Assembly (NCBI GenBank): GCA_045530815.1
Contig: JAZSCU010000024.1
Span: 65 to 64,064 of the forward strand
Origin: Candidatus Nanosyncoccus sp.
GTDB lineage: Bacteria > Patescibacteriota > Saccharimonadia > Saccharimonadales > Saccharimonadaceae
Direction of reading: 5' to 3'
Length of the DNA stretch: 64,000 nucleotides
Shown here: piece by piece, positions 28,294 through 36,705 of the stretch
How positions within the stretch are numbered: the first letter of the stretch is position 1
Layout: the number at the start of each line of letters is the position of its first letter
Program-made: the position numbers and the translations under genes
Notes under the pieces: model-generated
What the model saw: the letters and a program-made list of their open reading frames with translations, nothing else
What the model was told of the DNA's origin: nothing
Database searches by the model: none

Positions 28294-28800
28294 ATGGAAA
28301 AATTTTTCAATGATACACTTAACAAGAAAATCGAAAAGATCACCAAGAAACTGAGGAAAAAGGGGTTCTGCACCCTGAAGGGCATCACCGAGTCCAACTT
28401 GTATGTTGAAGATTTTGATCACTTAAAGGAGCTCTTTGATGACCTTGGGATGTGGATCCTGATTATCCCCTGGAAGAAAGGGATCAAATTTATCAAATGG
28501 GAGCTGGCCGAAAAGGAGAATTTAACTCCTGTCGACGACGAGCTCGGCGATAATTGGCGTATGCCTTATCACGATCCGCGCCACAACTGGGGCTACTGGC
28601 GTCGCTCATATCTCGACAACGAAGAGTATAACAACTACCGGGATATGGACGACTACAAGGCGGTCCAGGATGCCATATGGTTATCCGTCAGAAATGGCGA
28701 CTGTGATTATCATTATAAATATGAGGCAGATTACCGCGATTGGTTTTTAGATCTGCTCAATGATTATAATGATGAGCACGGGCTCCCTTATGTCGACTAA
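28294..28800 (+). CDS. Hypothetical protein (168 aa, Trp/Tyr/Asp-rich)
   Basis: GAAAGGGAG SD, open frame, strong promoter upstream. Confidence 0.7.
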   Translation: MEKFFNDTLNKKIEKITKKLRKKGFCTLKGITESNLYVEDFDHLKELFDDLGMWILIIPWKKGIKFIKWELAEKENLTPVDDELGDNWRMPYHDPRHNWGYWRRSYLDNEEYNNYRDMDDYKAVQDAIWLSVRNGDCDYHYKYEADYRDWFLDLLNDYNDEHGLPYVD

Positions 28801-28982
28801 TAAAAAACAAATCCCCAAAAAATAAGTGGGTGCCCTTTATGGGTTTTTACATATCGGGCGATGAGCCCCTCTGATGAGCTTTGCATTAAAGTGCTTCAGG
28901 GGTGCGTCCCCCTGTTCACCCGCAGCCTTCACCGTATTATAGACGTGTCACAAAAATATTCAATAAAAAAAGGAGAAAAACT

Positions 28983-29174
28983 ATGGATAAGAAAAAAATT
29001 GCAATGTTGATATCTGGTGCCGCGTTAATAATGATCGGACTTGGCTTCTTCGTTTTAACAGGAGTATCCATCCTGACGATCGCCCACATAGCAGTAGGCG
29101 ACATATTGTTAGTATGGGGCTTCTTCATAAAGGAGGACCAGGTCGATATTTTAGAAAGGAGGAAAAAACGATGA
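28983..29174 (+). CDS. Small two-TM membrane protein (63 aa)
   Basis: AAGGAG SD before ATG 28983; two hydrophobic helices; hairpin + T tract at 29205-29230. Confidence 0.65.
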   Translation: MDKKKIAMLISGAALIMIGLGFFVLTGVSILTIAHIAVGDILLVWGFFIKEDQVDILERRKKR

Positions 29175-29441
29175 TTAGAAACTGTTACCAGCAACCAAAA
29201 AGGTCTCTGGCATGCCAGAGCCTTTTTTTTGAATAAAAAAAGGCGCCGCTCTCGCGGTCGCCACATCACCCCCTTATAATAAACTAATTATATTCTGCAA
29301 TTACTCCGTATTAAATACCGTTACACTCCCAGAACGCGTCTTCCGACTCGTATCCGTCCCAATAAACACCATCAGCATTTTCACCATAAACTCTAGCACT
29401 AATCTCTTCCCCTCTTCCCCTAAAAATGCTACAATCACCCT

Positions 29442-29927
29442 ATAAGTATCAAAATTAGAAAAGCCACCAAAGATGATATTAAAATAATTCAGCAGTTCGG
29501 TCTTGAGCTCTTGGAGTACGAGCGAAAAGGTTGGGATCCGACCGTAGAAACAGATTGGCCCTTTAGTGAGTCCGGTAGAAAAGCCTACGAAATGGCTATC
29601 GATAAGGGATATGTCACTATCGCTGAAAATGAAGAAAACGGAGAAAAGCAACCAATCGGCTTCCTTATTGGTAGAGTCTCCTATGCCGACAAAAATGCTC
29701 CCCGTGTAATGACTGCCGCCCATATCCATAACATCTTTGTCTACCCCGAGTTTCGCGAGAAAAACGTTGGCAAAAAGCTGTTTGAAAACTTCAAATCACA
29801 CTGCAAAAAAGAAGGTGTCAAAAAACTTAGCATCACTGTCAACAGCAAAAACGACATCGCTATTAAATTTTACGAAAAAACTGATTTTAAACCCTCCTCT
29901 ATTATTTTCTCCCAAAATCTCGAATAA
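29442..29927 (+). CDS. GNAT acetyltransferase, apparent ATA start (or start-codon-mutated pseudogene)
   Basis: Frame extends from the track start to ATA 29442 and matches the N-terminus of paralog 35448-35960; IFVYPEFREKNVGKKLF, AIKFYEK motifs. Confidence 0.8.
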   Translation: MSIKIRKATKDDIKIIQQFGLELLEYERKGWDPTVETDWPFSESGRKAYEMAIDKGYVTIAENEENGEKQPIGFLIGRVSYADKNAPRVMTAAHIHNIFVYPEFREKNVGKKLFENFKSHCKKEGVKKLSITVNSKNDIAIKFYEKTDFKPSSIIFSQNLE

Positions 29928-30019
29928 TTCCCCATTTTAAAACCTTAGTTCCGTACACCAGGGTCACTAAAAAGCCCATTCTCCCTTTAAATATCATCAT
30001 TTTCCTTGCCGCTATCACC

Positions 30020-30238
30020 TTGGCACAATTCACCTTCACTGGCATCGTTAACCTGCCACCGGTACCATATCTTGGCACCTACCTCTCTGCTATCAGCTGT
30101 TTCGCCTTCTTTGGCGCTTATATGACTCTCACCCTGATGCCTCTTCAAAAAATCCCCTTTAAGGATCCTGTTACCGGTCAATACGGCTTTCGCGCTCACC
30201 GGAATTTTTTTAAAGCTCTTAAGAAAAATAAAAAATGA
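30020..30238 (+). CDS. Possible small membrane protein or gene fragment
   Basis: Hydrophobic open frame that extends upstream without an ATG; no SD or promoter seen. Confidence 0.25.
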   Translation: MAQFTFTGIVNLPPVPYLGTYLSAISCFAFFGAYMTLTLMPLQKIPFKDPVTGQYGFRAHRNFFKALKKNKK

Positions 30239-30276
30239 GCATTGACTCCATCTATGATAAATGGTATAATAGTAAA

Positions 30277-30570
30277 ACTAGCTGTCAATTGTAACTTAAA
30301 AACGGTAACTCTTTTTTATCAAAACTAAACCGCCCTAGGCGGAAAACCTTAATTCATCGATGAAATTGAAAAAGTAACAAGAAGTTAAGCACAAAAAAAG
30401 AGATTACTAGCACCGTGGAATTTTCCACAGAGAGAAAGGAAGGAAAAACTGGGAGGAACATTTTAGTTTTTAGACCGTGTAGGTGTTTTATAGGTTTAAC
30501 CTTTCGGAAGTTTATCTAAAATTGTCCCCTTCTTCTCTAGTACATTTATATCCGCTTCGGCGGATTTTTT
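30277..30570 (+). ncRNA. Candidate structured ncRNA (about 290 nt)
   Basis: TGGTATAAT at 30262; long-range stems; ATCCGC-TTCG-GCGGAT terminator + T tract; no ORF. Confidence 0.5.
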
Positions 30571-30776
30571 CATTTTTTATTAAATTTATCCAAATTAAAT
30601 AAGGGCTTTTTGTCGCCGTCAATAATTCCCTGCGCTTTTCGCACCAGCTTTTCGAGCGCCGCCTCAGATGCCGCTGAACCCACGTGCACAGTCTTTACAA
30701 CGTGATTCCCTTCCTTGTAGCACACCTGTACCCCAGTCGCCCCCGAAGTCGTCTTAAATTTCCGAATGTAAGCCAT
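30570..30776 (-). mobile_element. Stand-alone 68-aa ORF resembling the N-terminal domain of IS1634-family transposases
   Basis: MAYIRKFKTTSGATGVQV..VKTVHVGSA.SEAAL resembles the IS1634 N-terminus as recalled (not searched); intact TGATACAAT promoter 6 nt upstream; no DDE domain. Confidence 0.6.
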
Positions 30777-30812
30777 ACCTTAATTGTATCATAACCAAGT
30801 TTGACTTATTCC

Positions 30813-30985
30813 CTAACCCCAAATTTTTATTTGCATTGAGCAAACCCGAGAAAGTTTTTATGGGATTTAGGAAAATTTAACTCGCGAACCGTGAAGACAG
30901 CCGTGAGACGAGCAAATTGTCCGTTAAAAATCCCATAAAAATTTTACCGGCGTGAAGCGAAGCGCAAATAAAAATTAGGGTTTAG
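30813..30985. repeat. Rod-shaped palindromic element (about 173 bp), homolog of 45161-45335
   Basis: Stems AATTTTTATTTGC/GCAAATAAAAATT and TTTTTATGGGATTT/AAATCCCATAAAAA; loop motifs shared with the 45161 copy. Confidence 0.88.
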
Positions 30986-31003
30986 TGATTAACCCAAACA
31001 TGC

Positions 31004-31045
31004 TTATGCACAACAAATCCACAAGCTTTTTCCACAAAAACCACA
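31004..31045 (+). promoter_or_regulatory. Cluster of co-oriented DnaA-box-like 9-mers
   Basis: TTATGCACA 31004, AAATCCACA 31015, TTTTCCACA 31028, AAAACCACA 31037. Confidence 0.4.
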
Positions 31046-31136
31046 AGCAAAATTAGACTAATTCCCTTGTGTCTAGCAACCACCTCGCCTGGCAACCGCA
31101 CTTGACAAACAAAAAAGCTCAAGCTAAAATAAAACC

Positions 31137-31325
31137 AACAACCGAGGCCAAAAACCTCGAGTTGGGAGAAAATTAGCATTCTAAGATTTCTACAAGAAGA
31201 AGTTGCAGGAAATCCTCTAACCCCTGGTAAAGAGCAGGGAAATGCTAAAAAGATTTTGTTAAACCGTCTAAAACATACAGCCGGGAGTTTTTGCATAAGC
31301 AGAAATAAAATAAAATGCTTATGAA
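31137..31325 (+). ncRNA. Candidate structured ncRNA (about 190 nt)
   Basis: TTGACA(31102)-17 bp-TAAAAT(31125); CGAGG/CCTCG, TAGCATT/AATGCTA, CCCTG/CAGGG, CATAAGCA/TGCTTATG stems. Confidence 0.45.
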
Positions 31326-31379
31326 GTCAACTAATTTCACAGCACAACAGGACTAAATACGTATGATATAATTAGTACG

Positions 31380-32378
31380 ATGAATAATCCAATCACACAG
31401 TCCAAATTATGGCAAAAACTCCAGGATGACCTCGGAGAATCTTGCATTTACAGAGAAGGAAAAGACTATCATTTTCTTGCTATAATAATGAAAACACCAG
31501 TGGGGAATTATCTATATTGTCCTTATGGGCCCGTGGCAAAAAGCGAAACTGCATTTAAAGAGGCTCTATCGGAATTAAAAAAACTCGCCAAAGAAAATAG
31601 CGCAATTTTTGTCCGGGTTGAACCAGAGAACCTTGCCTATCAGAATTTACTACCAAAAAATGCCAAAAAATCCAAAGATTTAAACCCTAAAGACACCTGG
31701 GTTTTAGATTTAACACCAGATCGGGCAGAGATTATCACTAATTTTAGCCAGGGAACTAGAACTCGTTTTAATACTTTTAAGAAAAAAGGCCTCGAGGTAG
31801 AAGCAACCAAGGATAAGGACGAGATTAAGCACCTAGTAAAACTCCAAAATCAGCTTTTTAAGGCTAAAAACTTGCATACTTTTAGTGAAAAATACCTCAA
31901 AACAGAGCTAGAGCAACCCTTTGCTACCCTTTATTTAGTAAAATATTACACCCCAGAAGAGACACCGAAAGCATCAGAGAAAAACGCCACAAAAGCTCCG
32001 GCACAATCTCAGCCCACCCCTAATGATGGCCAAATTCTCGCCGCCAGTCTCTTTTTTGATTACGACGACACGCGCTACTATATGCAGTCGGCCGCGGACA
32101 ATACATTTAAAAAACTCCCCGCGACGGTTGCACTTCTGACGACTGCAATTTTTGATGCCAAAGAACAGGGAATCAAAAATTTTGATTTTTGGGGTATCGC
32201 CCCGGATAATGCACCAAAAGATCACCCCTGGGCCGGCTTTACGGAATTTAAAAAATCCTTCGGTGGGGAAGCCAGACACTACCTAGGTACTTATGATTTG
32301 CCTGTCAGCCCGGCCAAATATAAACTCTACCAATCGACTCGTAAATTTGGCAAACTCATCCGCAAAACTCGCGTCTAA
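31380..32378 (+). CDS. FemAB/FemX (MurM)-type peptidoglycan bridge aminoacyltransferase
   Basis: ITQSKLW, YLYCPYGP, FVRVEP, TWVLDL, FSQGTR, FDFWGI, FTEFKKSFGG. Confidence 0.9.
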   Translation: MNNPITQSKLWQKLQDDLGESCIYREGKDYHFLAIIMKTPVGNYLYCPYGPVAKSETAFKEALSELKKLAKENSAIFVRVEPENLAYQNLLPKNAKKSKDLNPKDTWVLDLTPDRAEIITNFSQGTRTRFNTFKKKGLEVEATKDKDEIKHLVKLQNQLFKAKNLHTFSEKYLKTELEQPFATLYLVKYYTPEETPKASEKNATKAPAQSQPTPNDGQILAASLFFDYDDTRYYMQSAADNTFKKLPATVALLTTAIFDAKEQGIKNFDFWGIAPDNAPKDHPWAGFTEFKKSFGGEARHYLGTYDLPVSPAKYKLYQSTRKFGKLIRKTRV

Positions 32379-32428
32379 GCAAAAAAACACACCGCAAAAA
32401 CTCATATCTAAGTAAAAAACCACAAAAA

Positions 32429-32452
32429 AAGACGCTGGAATCCCAGCGTCTT
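32429..32452. terminator. Hairpin between convergent genes
   Basis: AAGACGCTGG..CCAGCGTCTT. Confidence 0.7.
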
Positions 32453-32468
32453 GTGGTGATAGGCTAAA

Positions 32469-33083
32469 CTACCAAATCGCATTAGCGATCTCTCTAGCAT
32501 AGTCCAATTGACTAAGCGGGGTATTACTAATGATCCCCATCCCGCTAAGAAGAATATCTAAATTATCTTCATTAATCAATCGGCTAACCAAATGATTAAC
32601 GTCCTCCATACCTCTAGGGTTCCCCTCATGGTAAAAGGTGGAATATTTGATCTGGAGTGGCTCAAAAATCAGCATAGTCTGAAGCAGCGACGATTTAGTT
32701 AAATTGTCCTTAACTTCAACAGACATTTTTCCTCTTGGAGGTTCAATGGACGCAGCCAAAAATGACCGTGTACAAACTGCACCGTTTTTGCGCAATACCT
32801 CAAGGGTGTTTAAATATGAATGAATATTGTCCATTTCTGCAATGGAAGAAATTTTCAGACTGTATCTTGAAATCAAATCGAGTTTTTGCTCCATCTCGGG
32901 ATCCTCTTCGCCATATTTATGCCAATACATCACAAAATGATCCTTGACCAGCGCGATATTAGTATCTCTGCGCTTTTCTACGGCCCAGGTCTTCCCAAGA
33001 CTGTCTTGAGCCAATACATCCTTAGCCTCCTCGTAGCCTATACCACTAATGTTCAACCTTACTACAAGTTTCTGATCTTTCAT
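32469..33083 (-). CDS. Hypothetical protein (204 aa)
   Basis: AGGGAGGT SD, own promoter-like region, terminator downstream. Confidence 0.7.
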   Translation of the reverse strand: MKDQKLVVRLNISGIGYEEAKDVLAQDSLGKTWAVEKRRDTNIALVKDHFVMYWHKYGEEDPEMEQKLDLISRYSLKISSIAEMDNIHSYLNTLEVLRKNGAVCTRSFLAASIEPPRGKMSVEVKDNLTKSSLLQTMLIFEPLQIKYSTFYHEGNPRGMEDVNHLVSRLINEDNLDILLSGMGIISNTPLSQLDYAREIANAIW

Positions 33084-33184
33084 ATATACCTCCCTATAAG
33101 ATGCAGAACAATAAAGTAACCTCTATAATATTAGCATATTCTCTGGGAATTGCAAGTTAAGGGCCCCTGAGTTATAATCAATCT

Positions 33185-35548
33185 ATGGATTTAAATGGGT
33201 TATCATCAGCTGAGGTTGCCGAAAAAACCCGGCAGGGTAAAGTCAACTACTCTACGGATCAAAAATCAAATTCGATCGGTAAAATCATCCTAAAAAACAC
33301 CTTAACTATTTTTAATTTAGTCAATCTAATTTTGGCGGTGTTAATTCTGATTGTTGGCTCTTATAAAAATCTACTCTTCGTTCTGATCGCTATTGTAAAC
33401 ACACTAATTAGTATTATCAACGAAATTCGCGCCAAGCGCACCATCGACAAAATGCGCCTTATCTCTGAGCAAAAACCCACTGTAATCAGAGGTGGCAAAA
33501 TCCTTCAGATTAACCCAGACCAACTAGTAGAAGGAGATCTGCTGGCTCTTTCTCTGGGCGACCAAATCATCGTGGATTCAAAAATCAAACAGGGGACTAT
33601 AGAGGTCAACGAGTCCTTTATCACTGGTGAGCAAGATAATATTATTAAAAAGCCTGGAGATAATCTAATTTCTGGGAGCTTTATTGTATCGGGTAGTTGC
33701 AAGGCCACTGTTACCGCCGTCGGCAAAGATAACCTCATCAACAAACTAGAATCTTCCGCCCGTACCATCAAAACCGCCGACAGCAAGCTGTTTTCTATCA
33801 TGAACAACATCGTAAAATATATTAGCTTTGCGCTGATTCCTATTGGCGCGCTCCTCCTCTGGGCGCGTTTTCGGGTAGATGGTACCACAACAGAGGTCGC
33901 GGTCACTAGTACTGTTGCCGCCCTTATCAATATGATCCCAGAAGGCCTGATTCTTTTAACTAGTACCGTTCTGGCTCTTGCTACTATCCGTCTTAGCAAA
34001 AAGAAAGTACTTGTACAAGATTTTTATTCAATAGAAACACTCGCTCGTGTTGATACGATATGTCTAGATAAAACCGGCACCTTAACCACGGGCAAAATGT
34101 CTGTCCACGACTTTGTTTTGCCGGACGGTACTGTATTAAACAAACTATCAAAGGCTCCTACCCAGCCAGAAAAATCCTTTCTAAGGACCCTCACGTCCAT
34201 TTTAACAAATCAAACTTCCGAAAATGCAACCATAACCGCTTTGAAACAAAAATTCAAAGAAGGTGCCAAATTTGGCGAAATACAGGATATTACAGAAATA
34301 ATCAGTTTTTCATCCGAACGCAAACATTCCGGCTTCCACACTAAAGATGCCACCTATCTCCTTGGGGCTATAGAGTTTATTACAGAAGATAAAGCATTGA
34401 TAAAAAAGGTAAAATCTGCCTCCGCCGGCTATCGCACCTTAGCGATTGTAAAGAGGAAGGCTATTTCGGCATCATCTGATACATTACTGGGTTTTGTTCG
34501 CCTCGAAGATGAAATTCGCAAAGACGCAAAAGATATTATCAACTATTTTTATGACAACAACATTGACGTCAAAATCATCTCCGGTGATGATTTTGACTCT
34601 GTCACCAAAATTGCCGAGCGAGTCGGTGTAAGAGAATTAAAAGGATTCAATCTTTCCTCCGAAAAATCTCACAATTACGCAAAATTAGCCAAGGAATACA
34701 CTATTTTTACACGGGTTACACCTATAGAAAAGAAATCTATAATTGCTGCACTAAAAAAACAGGGAAAAACTGTTGCCATGACCGGAGATGGAGTCAACGA
34801 TATTCTCGCAATGAAAGAGGCTGACTGCTCTATGGCTATTGGCGAAGGATCTGATGCGGCCCGCCGTGCCTCCAAATTGGTTCTCTTAAATTCCGACTTT
34901 TCCGCCGTCCCGTCAATTATTAATGAAGGCCGCCAATCAATCAATAATCTCGAACGCTCCACTACTCTTTTCCTCTCTAAAACCGTCTATGCCTCTATTC
35001 TCGCCGTTCTCTTTACCATACTCCCATTAGAATATCCTTATGCTCCGATCGAAATGTCATTGCTAAATTTCGCCTGTATTGGCTTCCCCGGGGTCATCTT
35101 AGCCCTTGAGAAGAATACTGCTCGCATTAAGAACCAGTTTGTCAAAAACATCAAAAACTACTCCATCCCCACCGGCATTACCGTTTCTATCGCGATGATT
35201 ATTCTCTCAATTATTGCCGAAATCAACAATTTTACTCGCCCCGAACTTCTCACCGCTTCACTCTTTATCACCTTCGCTATCGACATTGCCTTAATTTATC
35301 AAATCAGCAGACCCCTAAATTTGCTCCGTACCATACTCCTTACTACTATTATCGCAATCGTTATTGGCGCCTTCCTAATTGTTCCAACTCATAATCTTCT
35401 AGATCTCGGCTATCTTCAAGGTAATCCTCTTCTTATTACTCTAATAATTACCGCTTCTGCTCTAGTCCTCTTTGCTCTTCTCCGTCTTTTAATTCACAAG
35501 ACATCATCAAGCGAGAAGGAGAATATCCCATCTTCTCGTAAAATTTAA
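33185..35548 (+). CDS. Cation-transporting P-type ATPase (CtpE-like)
   Basis: NESFITGE, MIPEGL, CLDKTGTLT, FSSERK, KIISGD, MTGDGVND. Confidence 0.93.
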   Translation: MDLNGLSSAEVAEKTRQGKVNYSTDQKSNSIGKIILKNTLTIFNLVNLILAVLILIVGSYKNLLFVLIAIVNTLISIINEIRAKRTIDKMRLISEQKPTVIRGGKILQINPDQLVEGDLLALSLGDQIIVDSKIKQGTIEVNESFITGEQDNIIKKPGDNLISGSFIVSGSCKATVTAVGKDNLINKLESSARTIKTADSKLFSIMNNIVKYISFALIPIGALLLWARFRVDGTTTEVAVTSTVAALINMIPEGLILLTSTVLALATIRLSKKKVLVQDFYSIETLARVDTICLDKTGTLTTGKMSVHDFVLPDGTVLNKLSKAPTQPEKSFLRTLTSILTNQTSENATITALKQKFKEGAKFGEIQDITEIISFSSERKHSGFHTKDATYLLGAIEFITEDKALIKKVKSASAGYRTLAIVKRKAISASSDTLLGFVRLEDEIRKDAKDIINYFYDNNIDVKIISGDDFDSVTKIAERVGVRELKGFNLSSEKSHNYAKLAKEYTIFTRVTPIEKKSIIAALKKQGKTVAMTGDGVNDILAMKEADCSMAIGEGSDAARRASKLVLLNSDFSAVPSIINEGRQSINNLERSTTLFLSKTVYASILAVLFTILPLEYPYAPIEMSLLNFACIGFPGVILALEKNTARIKNQFVKNIKNYSIPTGITVSIAMIILSIIAEINNFTRPELLTASLFITFAIDIALIYQISRPLNLLRTILLTTIIAIVIGAFLIVPTHNLLDLGYLQGNPLLITLIITASALVLFALLRLLIHKTSSSEKENIPSSRKI

Positions 35549-35960
35549 TCGCGGGAATATTTTTGGAATTTACCATTACATCAATTTTTTGGACATTCTC
35601 TTTTTTGCAACGAGCACAAAGCTCCGTAAATAGCTTTTTGCCGATACCACTTCCGCGAAAATCTGGTTTTACATATATATTTTCTAAATATGCCGTCACT
35701 AAATGTCGAGCATCGTTAGGCCCTGGATGCAAAATCTTGCAAATTAAATACCCAATCGGAGTGTCATCTTGCTCGACGATTAGAGAAATTTTTTCGCTAA
35801 TAGCCTTTATGTAGGCTGCTTCACCTTCTTTGCTAAACGACCAGTTGGAATCTAGTGTTTTATCCCAACTCTTTCGTTCATATTCAGAAAGTTCAAAACC
35901 CAACTGTTGTATTGTTTTTAGATCATCAAGTGTAGCTTGTCGGATAGAGATATTGTCCAT
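35448..35960 (-). CDS. GNAT acetyltransferase (paralog of 29442-29927)
   Basis: ISIRQATLDDL, IYVKPDFRGSGIGKKL, NIPAIKFYEKMGY. Confidence 0.88.
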   Translation of the reverse strand: MDNISIRQATLDDLKTIQQLGFELSEYERKSWDKTLDSNWSFSKEGEAAYIKAISEKISLIVEQDDTPIGYLICKILHPGPNDARHLVTAYLENIYVKPDFRGSGIGKKLFTELCARCKKENVQKIDVMVNSKNIPAIKFYEKMGYSPSRLMMSCELKDGEEQRGLEQKR

Positions 35961-36043
35961 AATTGCGAATATTATAACATGGATTTAAATATTTAGGCCA
36001 TCAACCTGGGATCGTATGATATAATTAAAAAAAAGGAGTTTTT

Positions 36044-36559
36044 ATGGCAAAATCACAAGATTTTATTCAAAGAAGTTTAGTAGTATTAAAACCAGACACT
36101 GTCCAGCGAGGTATCATTGGCGAAATAATCCAACGCTTTGAACGTGTTGGCCTTAAAATCGTCGGCATGAAAATGGTTATGCCAGATGAGCATCTTTACC
36201 GCGAACACTACGAGGGTATCGGTCAGATGATTACTCGTCGTGGCGAACAAATTTTCCGCTATAATGTTGAGTACATGATGACTGGTCCGGTGATTGCTAT
36301 GGTACTAGAAGGTGTTGAGGCTGTGCCGCTTGTTCGTAAAATCGTCGGCCCAACCGAACCAAAATCCGCAGAAATGGGTACTATTCGCGGTGACTATTCT
36401 CACATGAGCTTTGGTTACTCCGATGCTAAAGGTACTGGTGTGCCAAACCTTGTCCATGCTTCCTCAAATGCTGAAGAAGCCAAAAAAGAGATCGACCTCT
36501 GGTTTAATGGTAATGAACTTTACGATTACTCCGATCTTAACGAAAAATTCACAAGATAA
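36044..36559 (+). CDS. ndk: Nucleoside diphosphate kinase
   Basis: LVVLKPDTVQRG.IGEII.RFE, GPVIAMV, GTIRGDY, NLVHAS. Confidence 0.96.
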   Translation: MAKSQDFIQRSLVVLKPDTVQRGIIGEIIQRFERVGLKIVGMKMVMPDEHLYREHYEGIGQMITRRGEQIFRYNVEYMMTGPVIAMVLEGVEAVPLVRKIVGPTEPKSAEMGTIRGDYSHMSFGYSDAKGTGVPNLVHASSNAEEAKKEIDLWFNGNELYDYSDLNEKFTR

Positions 36560-36605
36560 AAGCTTTAGTCACAGATTATTCTTGAGTTTATAGTTTATAC
36601 GTAGC

Positions 36606-36634
36606 ATTCAACCCACCCCTAAGGTGGGTTGAAT
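36606..36634 (+). terminator. Intrinsic terminator of ndk
   Basis: ATTCAACCCACC-CCTAA-GGTGGGTTGAAT + T tract. Confidence 0.8.
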
Positions 36635-36705
36635 TTTTATTATTTCTATGCTATAATTTACCGAAATAGGAAGGTGGACTACGCACATTAAAAAGGAGGT
36701 ATTCG

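Noticed and set aside
28856-28902. Hammerhead (CTGATGAG) or fluoride riboswitch (GGCGATG)
   Set aside because: No GAAA core partner and no downstream pseudoknot elements; only a simple hairpin is supported.
31270-31292. RNase P RNA (minus-strand AAAACTCCCGGCTGTA resembles the P4 3' strand) or c-di-GMP riboswitch 3' half
   Set aside because: No GAGGAAAGTCC 5' strand at a suitable position, and no GEMM 5' half.
31950-32030. Palindromic insertion in the FemAB-like gene (TPEETPKASEKNATKAPAQSQPTP)
   Set aside because: Low-complexity linker with no inverted repeat at the DNA level.
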